Assembly: GCA_965178125.1 (NCBI GenBank)
Contig: OZ237748.1
Location: 744,001-808,000, forward strand
Source of the DNA: Bilabrum cf. latius
Taxonomy: Eukaryota
DNA: 64,000 nt
Direction of reading: 5' to 3'
Every line of letters begins with the position of its first letter. The stretch's first letter is position 1. Positions 9,849-22,731 of this stretch are shown here, one piece after another. Below the pieces are notes generated by a model. That model was not told the origin of the DNA and ran no database searches. It saw only the letters and a list, made by a program, of their open reading frames with translations. The translations under genes were made by a program, and so were the position numbers.

Positions 9849-12156
9849 ATGTCAGACCAAGACGACATCGGTGGCACTGCTGGCAGCAGCGATCTCGAGG
9901 GCATCCCGGCCGCCGGTGGAGTGGGGGGCATGGACGAGGAGGAGATGAACGGCCACCTGGATGTGGGGGCGCTATCGCCCGAGGAGCCTGATACTGGGCT
10001 CATAACTTATGTCATTAGTATGCGAGGTCGAGTGATAGAGGCAGGGCCGGCCAAGCGGCGCCCCGGCCGCGCGTCTGTCTTTGCTGCCGGCCAGCTGCCC
10101 GACTCTGCCTCGATGGCCGCAATCGAGGCCGGGCGTATCCCTCCACTGAATCTGCCAGCGGGCAAGCAGGGGACACTGCAAGGGGTAAACGGATTCGTGT
10201 TCGCGGTAAACTTCGCACCGCAAGATTCCGCTGGACCCCTCGGCGAGTACGTTGGGTCTGTCAGTGAGTATCGCAGCGATCCTTACGGCGATTCGTACGG
10301 TGGCTCTTACAGAAGGTCTCGCGGACTAATACGGACTGAGTCTGCGGGGACATCTATTGACCAATCGCCGGTGCCGCTGGCGCTAAAAGGGTTGCTTCCG
10401 TTTGTACAGGGCAACTCGTACTACACGAACCGTTTGTTCGAGTAGCACCGTGAGGAGTGGAGGGTGCCTCAGGTGGTGGGCGGGCACAGGAACATCGTGC
10501 CCGTTAGACACGCATTCTTCGGGTCATCCATGCTGTTGCTGCCTTGGGTGCCCACAGTATTTGTGCAGGAAGGCCAGATCGGAAGGCGCACCACCTGGCT
10601 TGCCATGCCCCTGTACCCCACGAGCCTGCGATCGGCTGCAGGGGACGTGCCTTGCACGGGGCCCAGGGAGGCGGCGCTGTGGCTGCTGCAGGCACTCGAG
10701 GCGATCCAGCACATGCAGACGAGGGGGGCGGTGCACCGGGACATCAAGTCAGACAATTTGTTCCTGGCTGGGGGTGGTCGGCTGGTGCTTGGCGATTTTG
10801 GGGCGGGCTGTCTGCTCTTCCACGGGGGCAGGGCAGCTGACCTGGAGGTGGAGTTCCAGGAGAGGCAGCGGCAGCAGGCGCAGGAGCATGCGGCCGCCAC
10901 AGGTGCAGGTGCAGGTGCAGCTGACCCTGAGATGGGAGCAGCAAATGCAGCAGCAGGGGGCAATGAGGAAGAGGAAGAGGAAGAGGAAGAGGAAGAGGAA
11001 GAGGAAGAGGAAGAGGAAGAGGAAGAGGAAGAGGAAGAGGAAGAGGAAGAGGAAGAGGAAGAGGAAGAGGAAGAGGAAGAGGAAGAGGAAGAGGAAGAGG
11101 AAGAGGAAGAGGAAGAGGAAGAGGAAGAGGAAGAGGAAGAGGAAGAGGAAGAAGAGGAGTGAAATGAAGAAGACGAAGAGGAAGAGGAAGAAGAGTAGGA
11201 AGAGGGAGAAGAAGTGGAGGAAGAAGAGTAGGAAGCTGGCGAGATGCAGATCGTGCCCGGGGAGGCATTCGAGCAGGCAAGGGAGGGATCCAAACACGAA
11301 CCATTCAAAATTGCGTCAGTACACCAAGGTGGTACAGACGATAGCCGATCCCCCGAACTTGATGCTATGGCTAGGAAGAAGGTCACAAAGGACTCGAGAG
11401 GCACGCCGCTCGAGACACTAGCCCAGGCCTACGAGATGTCCGATGCGTGGGCCGCGGCCAAGACCGTGTGGGAGCTGGTTGCGCAAGGGAATGCAGCTGC
11501 GTCTGCCCTCCCCGGCAACGACAGGCTGTACAAGGACTCTGCCATCCCGAGGCTTCCCCAGGCCGGCCGGGAGCTGGAGGCGATCCTGAGAGGGCTGCTG
11601 CAGTCATTGCCCAGCAAGCGGCTGCGGCCCGAGAGTGCCATTGCCGCCCTGCGAGCCCTGTTGTACGGGCCCGGGAGCTGGGAGCAGGTGCAGCGGGCGG
11701 CTGGGGAGGGTGAGGCTGCGAGCGGTGGGATGATGGGCGGGTCCAGCGGTGGCAGTGCTGGAGCTGCTTCGGGGGCTGGGGCGGGGAATGCTGCGTCAGC
11801 GACAGCTGCAGGTGCTGGTGGATCTGGTCTGGTGGAGCTGGTCCGGGGGCAGCTGTGGGAGTGCGCGGCTGTAGACACGGGGCGCAGGGGGGTTGGAGGG
11901 CGTGCCTGCCGCCGGTCTATCTTGGGGCCTGGCCGGGCCTGCTCCCATGGTGCGGCTGCCGATCGGGGAGGAGGCGTATGGGGCGTTCGGGTGGGGTGAG
12001 CGGCGGTGTGTCCCAGGAGAGGCGAGCCTGTGGGACCGGTTTCTGCGGCGAGAGGTGCTGCTGCGGGGGGACGGGGCGGATGGATCTGTGGCTTGCATGA
12101 CCAAGGACTGCGGGGAGCTGGTGGAGGCGTTGAGGAGGTTTGGGCAAGGGGATTGA
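9849..12156 (+). pseudogene. PINK1-like Ser/Thr kinase with poly-Glu insert; disrupted by an in-frame TGA at 11160 and a +1 frameshift at ~11893 (or assembly errors)
   Basis: LALK, HRNIV, HRDIKSDN, GDFG, RSPEL and SDAWA motifs. TAG 10443 links ORFs 9744 and 10464 in frame. The frameshift is seen against the paralog at ~15305. Confidence 0.7.
10965..11159 (+). repeat. (GAGGAA)n coding microsatellite (poly-Glu)
   Basis: About 195 bp of nearly pure GAGGAA. Confidence 0.95.
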
Positions 12157-13211
12157 TCATAGAGTTTTCCATTCAGTGAATCTTTGCGATGCTGCTCACC
12201 CAGTGCACCATCACTCGTTTCGCCATCGCCTTCATCCTTCTCTCCCGTCATGACCGGCATATACGACTATACTCGTATTTGAGGGGCTAGGTTGCCAAAG
12301 GCTTAGGCGCTTTGTACCCTACATCCGTGGGGGGATATATCCTGGATGCTGCTGTTGCGCTGCTGCTGCGTGCGTGCATGCGTCCAAAAATCACAATTTC
12401 CTGCCCCCCCGCGGACCCACTCGGCTTCACCCCGAACGACTGTTTCTTTAACGGTCCACCTGAATGCGGTATTCCTCTGACACTACGAATGTTCTCACTA
12501 CTTTCCCAATGCCCGCGATTGGCCTCGTCGCCACATGGCTTCCTGTTCCTGTTCCCCGCCCTAGGGACTGTGTGCTTTGCTCCCTGTATTGCCACCTTGT
12601 CCCTATCCTTTCAGCTTGCATGCGCCGGTCATGGCAGACCTGCTGTTGGCCCTCTGCGCGCTGCTGGCCATGCATCCAGCTGCCACTCGCGTCTCCCTCG
12701 TGTCTTGCACCTAAAGCCCCATTCCTCCCGTTATGTTCTCCCTGTTGACACCACACTATCGTCGCCTGTGCCGGTGTTCCCTCTGTTCCTCTCCACCTCC
12801 TGTCCTCCTGCGCCCGCCTCGTCTTCCGGCTCACCTCTGCTCCCCGTCGCTTCGATCCTGATGTCCGAGTACAAATGACAAAATCGGATGGTACTTGTCA
12901 CACCACCACGAATTGGCCACCTTGGATCTTGCACATTAAGGTACATTTCGCTTCAAGCGAAGTCTCTCAGGTGAGTTTATGTACAAGTGATGATATCTTT
13001 GCAGCACTAAGCCGCTTTATTGCCCGATTGCCCGACAGCGCCACCCCGTCCATGGACATGCCTGCACAGTGTACACTGCTGTGCACAGTGTGCGATTTCA
13101 AGAATGTATAGGTGCGTGGATTCATTACTGTTACCCGACTAGTTAAAGATTGTAACTGTGCATTGCCGGGGCAAGATGATACAATGAGCGATTCGCCAGT
13201 CTGCTGAGCCA

Positions 13212-15569
13212 ATGCTCTGTTTCTCCTGCGGCTCAGGGAATTACCATTTTGCTCCCTATTTCTTCTGCAGAATAGCAGGAATGCATCACGATGATAGATT
13301 CGCTGAAATTGAAGGCGCTACTTGGCCTGCTGTCGGGAAAACTCGAACTCGTTTAGGCAAGATCGTGTGCTGGCGGAGGGCAGCGGCGGCCAAGAGGGAC
13401 GCCGCGATGGTGTTCCAGGCAGCTGCAGAAGGCAGGCCCATGGAGCTTGCAAAGCGATTGAGACTGGGCAAGCTGGCGGGCGCGACGGAAACCAAGGGTG
13501 CGGTGAGCCTACCAGAAGGGCGCAGCTCCATGTGCTCACCATTGGAGGCAGCCCGATTGGGAGGGCATGACGAGTGCGTGAATCTGATGGAGGAGGCCGT
13601 GGCATACGTGCAGCTGGCCCAGAGCACGGGCCGACACCGGGCTGCTCTTCGGGACAGTGAGCTGGATGCATTGTCGGGTGGTGACTGGTTCCGGCATCTG
13701 CGCGGGCGAATGCAATTTGCTGCGGATAGAAGCGGCCGACTCGATATTAGTACGGTGCTGCCGCCCGAGGAGCTGGAGACTGGGCTGAATGGAAGTCAGG
13801 CCCGTGTGATCCAATTCGGGCCTGCCAAGAGGCGCCCCGGCCGCGCGTCTGTCTTGCCTCCCGGCCAGCTGCCTGACTCTGCCTCGATGGCCGCGATCGA
13901 GGCCGGGCGCATCCCTCCGCTGAACCTGCCAGCGGGCAAGCAATGGGAGGGGCAGGGAATCAACAGCTTTGTATTCGCGGTGGAGATGGCGCGGCGCGGG
14001 GTGCGGGGTGCTGGCGGGGCAGGAGCAGAGGGAGGCGCTGGGTCTGGGGATCGATCGCCTATGCGGCTTGCCCTGAAAGGGCTGCTTCCATTCACCGAAG
14101 GGTACTCGCGCTTCAACTTCCAAAGGATATTATTACAGAGGTAGGCGTGGTCTGTCCCGCAGGTGGTGGGCGGGCACAGGAACATCGTGCCACTGCGGCA
14201 TGAGTTCTTTGGGTCCTCCATGCTTGTGCTGCCGTGGCTGGATCCCTCCTTGATGGAATCAGGCTGGGTTGCGAGGAATACAACCTGGCTTGCCATGCCG
14301 CTGTACCCTACAACCCTTAAATCATCATCCAAAGCTATCGCTTGCTCGGGCCCCAGGGAGGCGGCGCTGTGGCTGCTGCAGGCACTCGAGGCGATCCAGC
14401 ACATGCAGACGAGGGGGGTGGTGCACCGTGACATCAAGTCAGACAACTTCTTAATGGCTGGAGATGGGCGACTGGTGCTGACCGAGTTCGAGTCGAGCTG
14501 TTTGCTATTTTACGGGGGCATGACAGAACCGCTAGATCGGCAGTTCCATAGAAGGCACTTGCAGCGGGAGCATGAGCTTGCGGCCGCCAGAGACGGTACG
14601 ACATACGATGGCGAAGATGAAGGCGAAGATGATGACGAAGGATACGAGGACGATGACGAGAAAGAAAATCCCCAGGAGGCATTCGAGCATGCACAAAAGG
14701 GATCGAATCAGTCACCCTTTATGATTCAGGCTATTCAAGGGGGCGGCTCGCTCTTCAGCCGAGCCCCGGAGCTGTCGGCAATGCTTTATCAGAACTTATC
14801 CAAGGACTCGAGAGGCAAGCCGCTCGAGACACTGGCCCAAGCCTACGAGATGTCCGATGCGTGGGCCGCGGCCAAGACCGTGTGGGGGCTGCTGGCGCAA
14901 GGGGATGCAGCTGCGTCTGCCCTCCCCGGCAACGACAGGCTGTACAAGGACTCTGCCATCCCGAGGCTGCCCTACGCTGGCAGGGAGCTGGAGGCGATCC
15001 TGAGGGGGCTGCTGCAGTCGCTGCCCAGCAAGCGGCTGCGGCCCGAGAGAGCCATTGCCGCCCTGCGAGCCCTGCTGTACGGGCCCGGGAGCTGGGAGCA
15101 GGTGCAGCGGGCGGCTGGGGAGGGTGAGGCTGCGAGCGGTGGGATGATGGGCGGGTCCAGTGGTGGAGGCGCTGGGGCTGCTTCGGGGGCGGGGGCGGGG
15201 AATGCTGCGTCAGCGACAGCTGCAGGTGCTGGTGGATCTGGTCTGGTGGAGCTGGTCCGGGGGCAGCTGTGGGAGTGCGCAGCTGTAGACACGGGGCGCA
15301 GGGGGGTGGAGGGCGTGCCTGCCGCCGGTCTATCTTGGGGCCTGGCGGGGCCTGCTCCCATGGTGCGGCTGCCGATCGGGGAGGAGGCGTATGGGGCGTT
15401 CGGGTGGGGTGAGCGGCGGTGTGTCCCAGGAGAGGCGAGCCTGTGGGACCGGTTTCTGCGGCGGGAGGTGCTGCTGCGGGGGGACGGGCCGGATCAGTCT
15501 GCGGCTTGCATGGCCAAGGACTGCGGGGAGCTGGTGGAGGCGTTGAGGAGGTTTGGGCAAGGGGAGTGA
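13212..15569 (+). CDS. Family module fused to a PINK1-like (pseudo)kinase; 5' end uncertain
   Basis: ORFs 13212 and 14163 are joined by TAG 14142. WRRA..AKRDA...GGHDECV module at the N-terminus. HRDIKSDN is present but the DFG region reads TEFE. Confidence 0.78.
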
Positions 15570-15965
15570 GACGGAATGATGATTTATATGCGGCAGTTTG
15601 CTCGCAGCGTGAGGCTGCTGGAGGATGTGAATTCGTGCACCCGGCAGGAGAGTTACAGCGGTTGCATATTCGGGACAAGGCCGAGGAGCTGGCACAGTAA
15701 GGGTAAACGGTCTTGGTATACAGTGCTTCAATTTGCACCTTGGACTGTAGCTTTTGTGTGACACATTTGACTCGGACCCTGCCACCGCCCGGAGAGCCAA
15801 GCACACTAAATTGTTGCAAGAACTGTTAAATTTAGCAATCAAAAGAATCCTAGGTTTCAAAGCAATCGCTTAGTGTTGTATTTGCATCCTAGATCTATTG
15901 TGCCTCTGCACCCCCAAAGTTGTAAAACACCCCCACTCACTATGCAGTGAGATCACACAAAGAAA

Positions 15966-16390
15966 ACTGGCGAACGCTGCCCCTCAGCGCCCGAATAGCA
16001 CGCGGCTTGATTGCCGCTCGAGTCTAATTGTGACCTCTCAACTTCCACATCCGCATGTGGTCGGTGATCCGATCCCCCTGATCCGAGTCACTCGTCACAC
16101 ATGCCCAACCCACACCTGCCCGGCCTGTGCCTCCCCCTTCCTATCCGCCTCATCAACCCAATGACCCCACCGATCATCTTCTCTTCCACCATTTCCTCCC
16201 CCGTTCCGGTGAACCGTCGTCCCCCCCTCCCTTTGCTCTACCCTCCCCCCCTTAGCTGCCCTCTCTCTCTCTCTCTCTCTCTCTCTCGCACTCCTCCGCA
16301 TCGCTACGTCGCATCTGAGCCTGCTCCTCGAGCGGGTCCTGCGCCCACCGAGCGACCTCAATCTCAGAGACCTTGCTGGCCTCACCAACC
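15966..16390 (+). repeat. Dispersed non-coding upstream repeat, copy 1
   Basis: Reverse-complement match to 22041-22579 and partially to 53726-53860; contains a (CT)n tract. Confidence 0.8.
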
Positions 16391-16509
16391 AAGCAAGGGG
16401 GTCGCCGCCTGTGCTACTACCATCTTGTAGGCAGAGGCCCGCACAGAGGTCAAGAAAAACTTGAGTACCTACTCAGTGCATCGGCCCAGGGTCTGCCCCT
16501 CTCTCCCTT

Positions 16510-16908
16510 AGCTGCGAAGGAGTACATCCCCAACCTGCTGGGCCCGCTGGTCGAAGCCGATAAACATTGTAGCCGTTCATTTGGACTATTACTGCGGCGG
16601 CGAAGCCGAAAGTAGCACGTCCGATCCGGTTTGTTTCCCTTAGCATGTTCAAGGACTTACAGGTGGTTCGGTTCAGGCACGCCCACGATTCCCGCAGAGA
16701 TGCTTCGGTGATATTCAAGGCTGCTGCTGAGGGGCGGCCGCTTGAGCTGGCCAAGCGCACCCGGCTGGGCAAGATGGCAGGTGGGCTGCAGAGGAGAGGG
16801 GTAGTCTTGGACGAGGACGGGAGGCGGCGCACCGTCACCGCGCTGGAGGCAGCAAGGCTTGGTGGGCACGCCGAGTGCGTCAGGGTGCTCGAGGAGGCAT
16901 TGTCGTGA
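16510..16908 (+). pseudogene. Truncated duplicate of the last exon of the 17250-19992 gene
   Basis: Near-identical to ~19595-19992 including the 3' flank; frame break around 16600-16645. Confidence 0.65.
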
Positions 16909-17249
16909 ATTGGTGCAGCGAGTGAGTGCACCGGGGCGGTGCCCGAGGAAACACCAAGCCAATCATGAGTGCATGCGACGAGTATTCAGCATCGTCCAAA
17001 CTGCTAGTCGGCGGAAAATGTCGAGTAGCCGGTGATTCTTCAAGCGAACCAATAGTGAACCACGACGAACCCTTAGTGACCGAGGATCGCAAAATTGGCA
17101 AGAACACCCGTAGTTGTACTTCCAGTAGTCAATTGTTATAAATTTATTCTCAGATATTCAATAGTGAAGCTGTGAATCGTTGCTTAAGCACCTCACGTCT
17201 CTAGAAGCACACATAGGATACAGAAGTACGGCCCGGCTGAGCTTTTTCC

Positions 17250-19992
17250 ATGAAGAAGGCTATAAGGGATGTATTTGCCCTGGCCAGATCTGGAGAAAGT
17301 GAAAAACTTAGCGAATTACTAGCATTCCACCCCATTGGAACTCGCAAACAAGTAGTAAAGTCAAGGCAGAAGCTGCCATTGCATTGGCTACGTGGATCCG
17401 AATCTGCGGTAAGATGCCGGCAGCGCACCCCATGGTCCTAGTATTAATTGGCAAAGATATTCTTTACTAAACTTTATAACGGCGGTGCAGTCCATGTCAA
17501 CTCCGCTTCACGCTGCGGCTGCGGGCGGGTTTTCGGCGGCCTGCTAGCTGCTGCTTGAGAACGGCGCGAATCCATCCGCCAAGAACAGAGTGAGGCTGCC
17601 ATTCAGGCATTCGCGGGAGGCAAATCGTTTAGCAAAGTGGTTTGTAAGGTATCTTTGTATTCTAAACTGTGCGGTGTAGGTGACGCTTTCACGACGGCAG
17701 TACATGCGCGAGGTTCACCTGTAGTCATACTCCGCAGAGATACGACATGCCGCTGCACTACGCCGCTCGTGCAGGGAATGAGGCAGTAAAGGTCATTGAA
17801 ATGCTCCTAATGGCAGATGCAGACCACATCAATGACCCCAACATCGTAAGACTGTTGGTTCAATGAGCGGTGCCAGCCATGCAGTGCGCTGCACACTATG
17901 TCCCATCTCGCAACAACACTACGGTTGTCACAGAATCAGCTTTCATGCATTGTAGGAAGGTATTCCTCCTATCTGCATGGCGGCCTCGGTGAACTCCGAT
18001 GCCTGCATCGCGCTGCTCAGGCACGGTGCCTCGCCGAATCCCCCTACTCTTCTCGGCACGGTGAGAGCCAATTGGTCGTTGCTATACCGGGTTGCCTGCA
18101 TGGTTGCATAGTCTAGCAAGCGTTGTCATCTTGTGAGCAAGCTGTGCAAATAACGATTGGTGTCGGTGCTCGCTTTGCAGCATGTACCGCCCCTGGTAGC
18201 GGCAGCGCGTAGGAGGGACATTAGGCTAATGCAGGCGCTGCTCGACCACGGAGCCGACCCCAATGCTGTCGTACAGGTGAGCAATGGATGCAGAAAGTGC
18301 GGCCCAATGCTGCACAGTAGTCGCTATAGGTTATCCCTTGTGATTGAACAAAGATCATTCGAATCCTGTCAACTGCATCTTGTATTTGCAGTTGTCCCAT
18401 GCATTCCTGCCTGGCAAGACTGCCCGGAAAGCGATCCGAGAGGCATCTGCACACGTGCTTGCCAGACTGGGATGTGTTCGGGGACTTGAAATATTAGTTG
18501 AGGCGAAGGCTAACTTGGACATACAATCGATGGTGAGTGCGCGCGGCCCACGAGTACGGCGCCGCGACCTCGTGAACTGGACACCCGTAACCACGCGTCG
18601 TATTAAACTTGCGTGCATCTTCCAGTAGATGAAACGTAGCGCCGGCTTCTTCATATTGATTCTTGCTCTATTGTGCAGGCGCGAAAAACTCCATTGCACC
18701 TAGCTGCTGCGGAGGGTCACAGCCAGTGCGTCAAGCTGCTAGCTCAAAGCGGTGCCAATTTGGAGCTGAGAGACTGTGTGAGATTTTGATATGAATCTGG
18801 TGGATCTGTGTTCTGATTCTAGCCAGGCCTCTTTTCTTATCCTGGCCTTGGACGCACATATTTGTGCCCGATACGTCTGAATCATACTTGCCCTGGTGCA
18901 CACCAGCCTTGGTCGAGGGCGACTCGATTAAGCATCGATGCTTAACGATGCTTTCGGCCATTAGATCGATGTGTTTTGTCAGCGTGATGCGCTATTCGAA
19001 TGGTATTTTCGGTGGTGGCTCTTGCTCGTCCATTTTCTGTCGCAGTTCGGCCACACACCTCTTGGAATAGCTGCAGTGAAGAAGAGGGCACAAATGTGTG
19101 CGGGCCTGTTGAGTGCTGGTTCCAGCATCGATGCTTGTCGCCACCGCTACCGGGTGAGCACGGGTATGCCGGGCCCATACGGATCTGGGGAAATGACCTA
19201 GGTCCGGATCGCAAGCTGGTCGCAGCGCGAGAGATCTCACAGCGGACGCCATCAATCTGGGATACGTGCACACCAATTTCGTTGTACGATTGTTACGGTA
19301 TGCTCACTTCCCTATTTTGCAGTAGTACACCCGAGTTCTAGTCGGAGGATAGCTTCTGCGCCGGGACAACCTTGCAGTCGCTGCTGTTCTCCGCAACGTG
19401 CAAGACAACTTTGACCCGGACTCAGAGGTGAGATGTTTGTGAAATATATTGACCTGCTCCACAGAAAGCGCCAAGAGTCGCGGATTGTCTACATTTCCTA
19501 GTGTTTGCTCACGTCACACCATTCCGTCACATAGATTCCCTGTCTCCATCTGCCTCTCTTTCTTGGGCACAGGACAACTAGGCAATGCTGCTTGCTGCAA
19601 AAGAGAACATACCCGACCTGCTGGACCCGCTGGTTGAAGCCGCAGGCCGCCGCATCCCAACCATCTTGGCGTTCGCATCGTGTGCGGAACCAGCGGTGGC
19701 AGGCGAGATACACCAGTTGCTTCCCCACATATTCCGAAGCGTGCAGGTGGTTCGGTTCAGGCACGCCCACGATTCCCGCAGAGATGCTTCGATGATATTC
19801 AAGGCTGCTGCTGAGGGGCGGCCGCTTGAGCTGGGCAAGCGCGTCCGGCTGGGCAAGATGGCAGGTGGGCTGCAGAGGAGAGGGGTAGTCTTGGATGAGG
19901 ACGGGAAGCGGCGCACCGTCACCGCGCTGGAGGCAGCCAGGCTTGGTGGGCACCCCGAGTGCGTCAGGGTGCTCGAGGAGGCATTGTCGTGA
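17250..19992 (+). CDS. Multi-exon ankyrin-repeat protein with conserved C-terminal module
   Basis: GT-AG-bounded ankyrin exons, e.g. 17491-17589 (STPLHAAAAGG...LLENGANP, with an in-frame TAG). Last exon RFRHA..RRDA...GGHPECV-TGA. Confidence 0.8.
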
Positions 19993-20175
19993 ATTGGTGC
20001 AGCGAGTGAGTGCACCGGGGCGGTGCCCGAGGAGGGCTTGCGTGTAGATTTGCGACAGGCATGCAAGTGGAGCAATAACAAGCAAAAAAAAAAATGTTTT
20101 AATCGTTAAGCGTGGCGGTTACAGGTAGTTGTTTGCTGCATGTACAGGAAGATGGATAGACTTCTGAGAGTATGC

Positions 20176-21737
20176 TTACCTGGCTGCATCCTCAAGCAAT
20201 CTCACGCAGTCATCGTGGCCACCCAACACTGCGGCATCAATGGGGCTCCGCATTACACCATTGCGCATACGGGAGCGCATGGTGAGGCAGCCTGCTCTCT
20301 TGCCCAGCCTGAGCCTCCTGGCCAGCTCCAGTGGCCTGCCCTCAGCGGCTGCCAAAAACACAAGTGCCGCATCACGACGCGCTTCGTATGCCATCCGAAA
20401 ACGAAGGATTGGGAGTCTCATGACTCGGCACCTCTTCCATTGCTCTAGAAATTCGACACACTTGTCAATGTCTTCAAATGCTCCGCCAAACTCGATCCCT
20501 GACGGCGACTTTGCAACATCCAGCGGAGTGCGCCCGGTCTGCGTTGTCCGGATAGCAGCAGTTAAGCAAAATATGAAAGGCGACGCTGGCAGTATCGATC
20601 ACTGGAACCGCAAGTTTGCAGTGCAACTTTCAACCGTCTGACATCATAACCTGTATCTAGCTGTGCTCCTGCCCTGCTCAGCACTCTCAAGCAGTCGTAC
20701 CTAGCGTAGTCCGCGGCGCAGTGGGCAAGGGTGTAACCTGACTGCGACACAGTTTAGTGGAACATCAAACTAGAGGCGCTACCGTGTGTTTGGACTTAAG
20801 GCATGCGGTATTTTCATGATGACTGAGTCTGCCATTACAACCATCACATACAGCATGTCTCCCGCAGGGATCGACGCCCCAATCTAGGAGGAACTATAAT
20901 GCCTTGTCGTAGCCCTGGGTAGCCGCCAGCATCGCTGCAGTGGTACCTCTCTGCGGATCCAGCGCAGGAAAACACCAAAACCACACGAATTGACAAAATT
21001 GCTGCGCAAAGTGCAAGGATACTAACTTAGCTATGATTTAAGTAGGTACAGTACCTACGTCAAGCAGCCTCACGTTGCTCGTCCGATTCAAATCCACCCC
21101 ATGGTCTGCCAAAGACTTGAGGCAAGCTACACTACCTGTTCGAGCTGCGAGGTGTACCGCAAGCAAGCCTTCCTGCGTGTATGGAACACAAGTCTACACA
21201 GGTTATCGACAGCATGTAGCAGTAGTTCTAGACGATTCAGCCAGTGTTTGTCCCTCATTTGCGCAATTAAGCTTTTAAAACCCAGCAAACGCATGCAAAC
21301 ATCGATTTATTTTCGTGGCAAACTACGGTATGCTCCATCCTGGAGAGCTCACCCTGTCAGTTGCTTCTGCATCAGCGCCCTCGCGAAGAAGCACGTTCAA
21401 GCATAGCGACCTGCCGTGGATTGCCGCGAGCAGCAGAGGTGTACGTCCTTCCTGTACTTTTAAAATATATAAAAAGTGTGTGTAGCTGGGTAGACGGAGC
21501 ATCCATAGCAAAATAATACTAGTTTACACGCCGAAGCAAGATGCGGCAAGCCATTCGTGTGGTGCAGTCAAAGTTGGACAGACTCAGTAGTCAAGTCCTC
21601 CTTGTAAACTTCATCAAAAACTTTGGAAGATCCTTTTTACTTACCAAGTCGTGTTCTTCCATATCAAGGCCATCCCGAATTCCCTAAATAAGACTTTTAG
21701 TCTTGCCCCTCCTAACATACTTGCATAGCTCCCTCAT
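20176..21737 (-). CDS. Multi-exon ankyrin-repeat protein with conserved C-terminal module
   Basis: Exons MRELCKYVRRGK.., EGRTPLLLAAIHG.., GTTAAMLAATQG.., GYTLAHCAA..; module ends in TAA. Confidence 0.78.
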
Positions 21738-22040
21738 TGAAACAAAAAATCAATTATCTGTCAGCTTAGGATAGGAGTACCAAAACATGTATTGGGTATA
21801 CAAGTGAGATTATCAGGCGAATAAAGTTCAACTAACAAACGAACGAGCGAATTCAACGTCTGTGTTGCTGGCGTACAGTGCGCTGCAGTTGCAGAATCTA
21901 GATCTACACATTTTGCTGCCTTGCCCCCACCCACCTCGAGGCATGCCTGCTGTCTTACTATATGTATATCTATGATAATGGAAGTACATCTTTACTTGGT
22001 AAAGCAAACCCAACCAATGCTAGTCGTATTGGCCATATAT

Positions 22041-22579
22041 GTTGGCGAGGCCAGCAAGGTCTCTAAGATTGAGGTCGCTCGGTAGGTGCAGGAATCGCTC
22101 GAGTTGCTGGAGCAGGTGCGACGTAGCGATTCGGAGGAGAGAGAGAGATATTGGCTAGTGATGCAGACCAGGAGCGGCGGCAATTCGGGGTGGGCGACGG
22201 ATGGAAACTGTGGTGGTGTGGGTGGAGCAGAGGGACAGGGCGAGGGGTGGGGGGGTCGGGGTGGGGGCTGAGCAGAGAGAGAAGGCGATAGATGGGCGGG
22301 GGGCAAATCAGAGGGGAGGGGGCGGCGGTTCACCAAGTGGGGAGGAAGTAGTGGAGGAGAAGATGAGTGGTGGGGTCATCGGGTTGATACGGCGGATTGG
22401 AAGGGGGAGGCATAGGCCGGGTAGGTGGGGGTTTGGGCATATGTGTGACGAGTGACTTGGATCGGGGGGGATCGGATCACCCAACCACATGCGGATGTGG
22501 AATTTGAGAGGTCACAATTAGACTCGAGCGGCAATCAAGCCGCGTGCTATTCGGGCGCTGAGGGGCAGCGCTCGCCAGT
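22041..22579 (-). repeat. Dispersed non-coding upstream repeat, copy 2
   Basis: Inverted copy of 15966-16390. Confidence 0.8.
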
Positions 22580-22731
22580 CTTTCGCACGTGTCCTCCTGT
22601 GCGGACCTGAGGCCGTCACTGTCTTCCCCCGAACACTAACTCGTACTGGCACCCGATATAGTTTTGTCAACCGTGATTTCCCCCGAGCTAGCATGACAAT
22701 GCACTGCACACCAATCCAAAGTAGACCCCGC

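Noticed and set aside
10402-11421. Poly-RK, poly-S, poly-LP and poly-FL ORFs
   Set aside because: Alternative frames of the (GAGGAA)n tract in the kinase.
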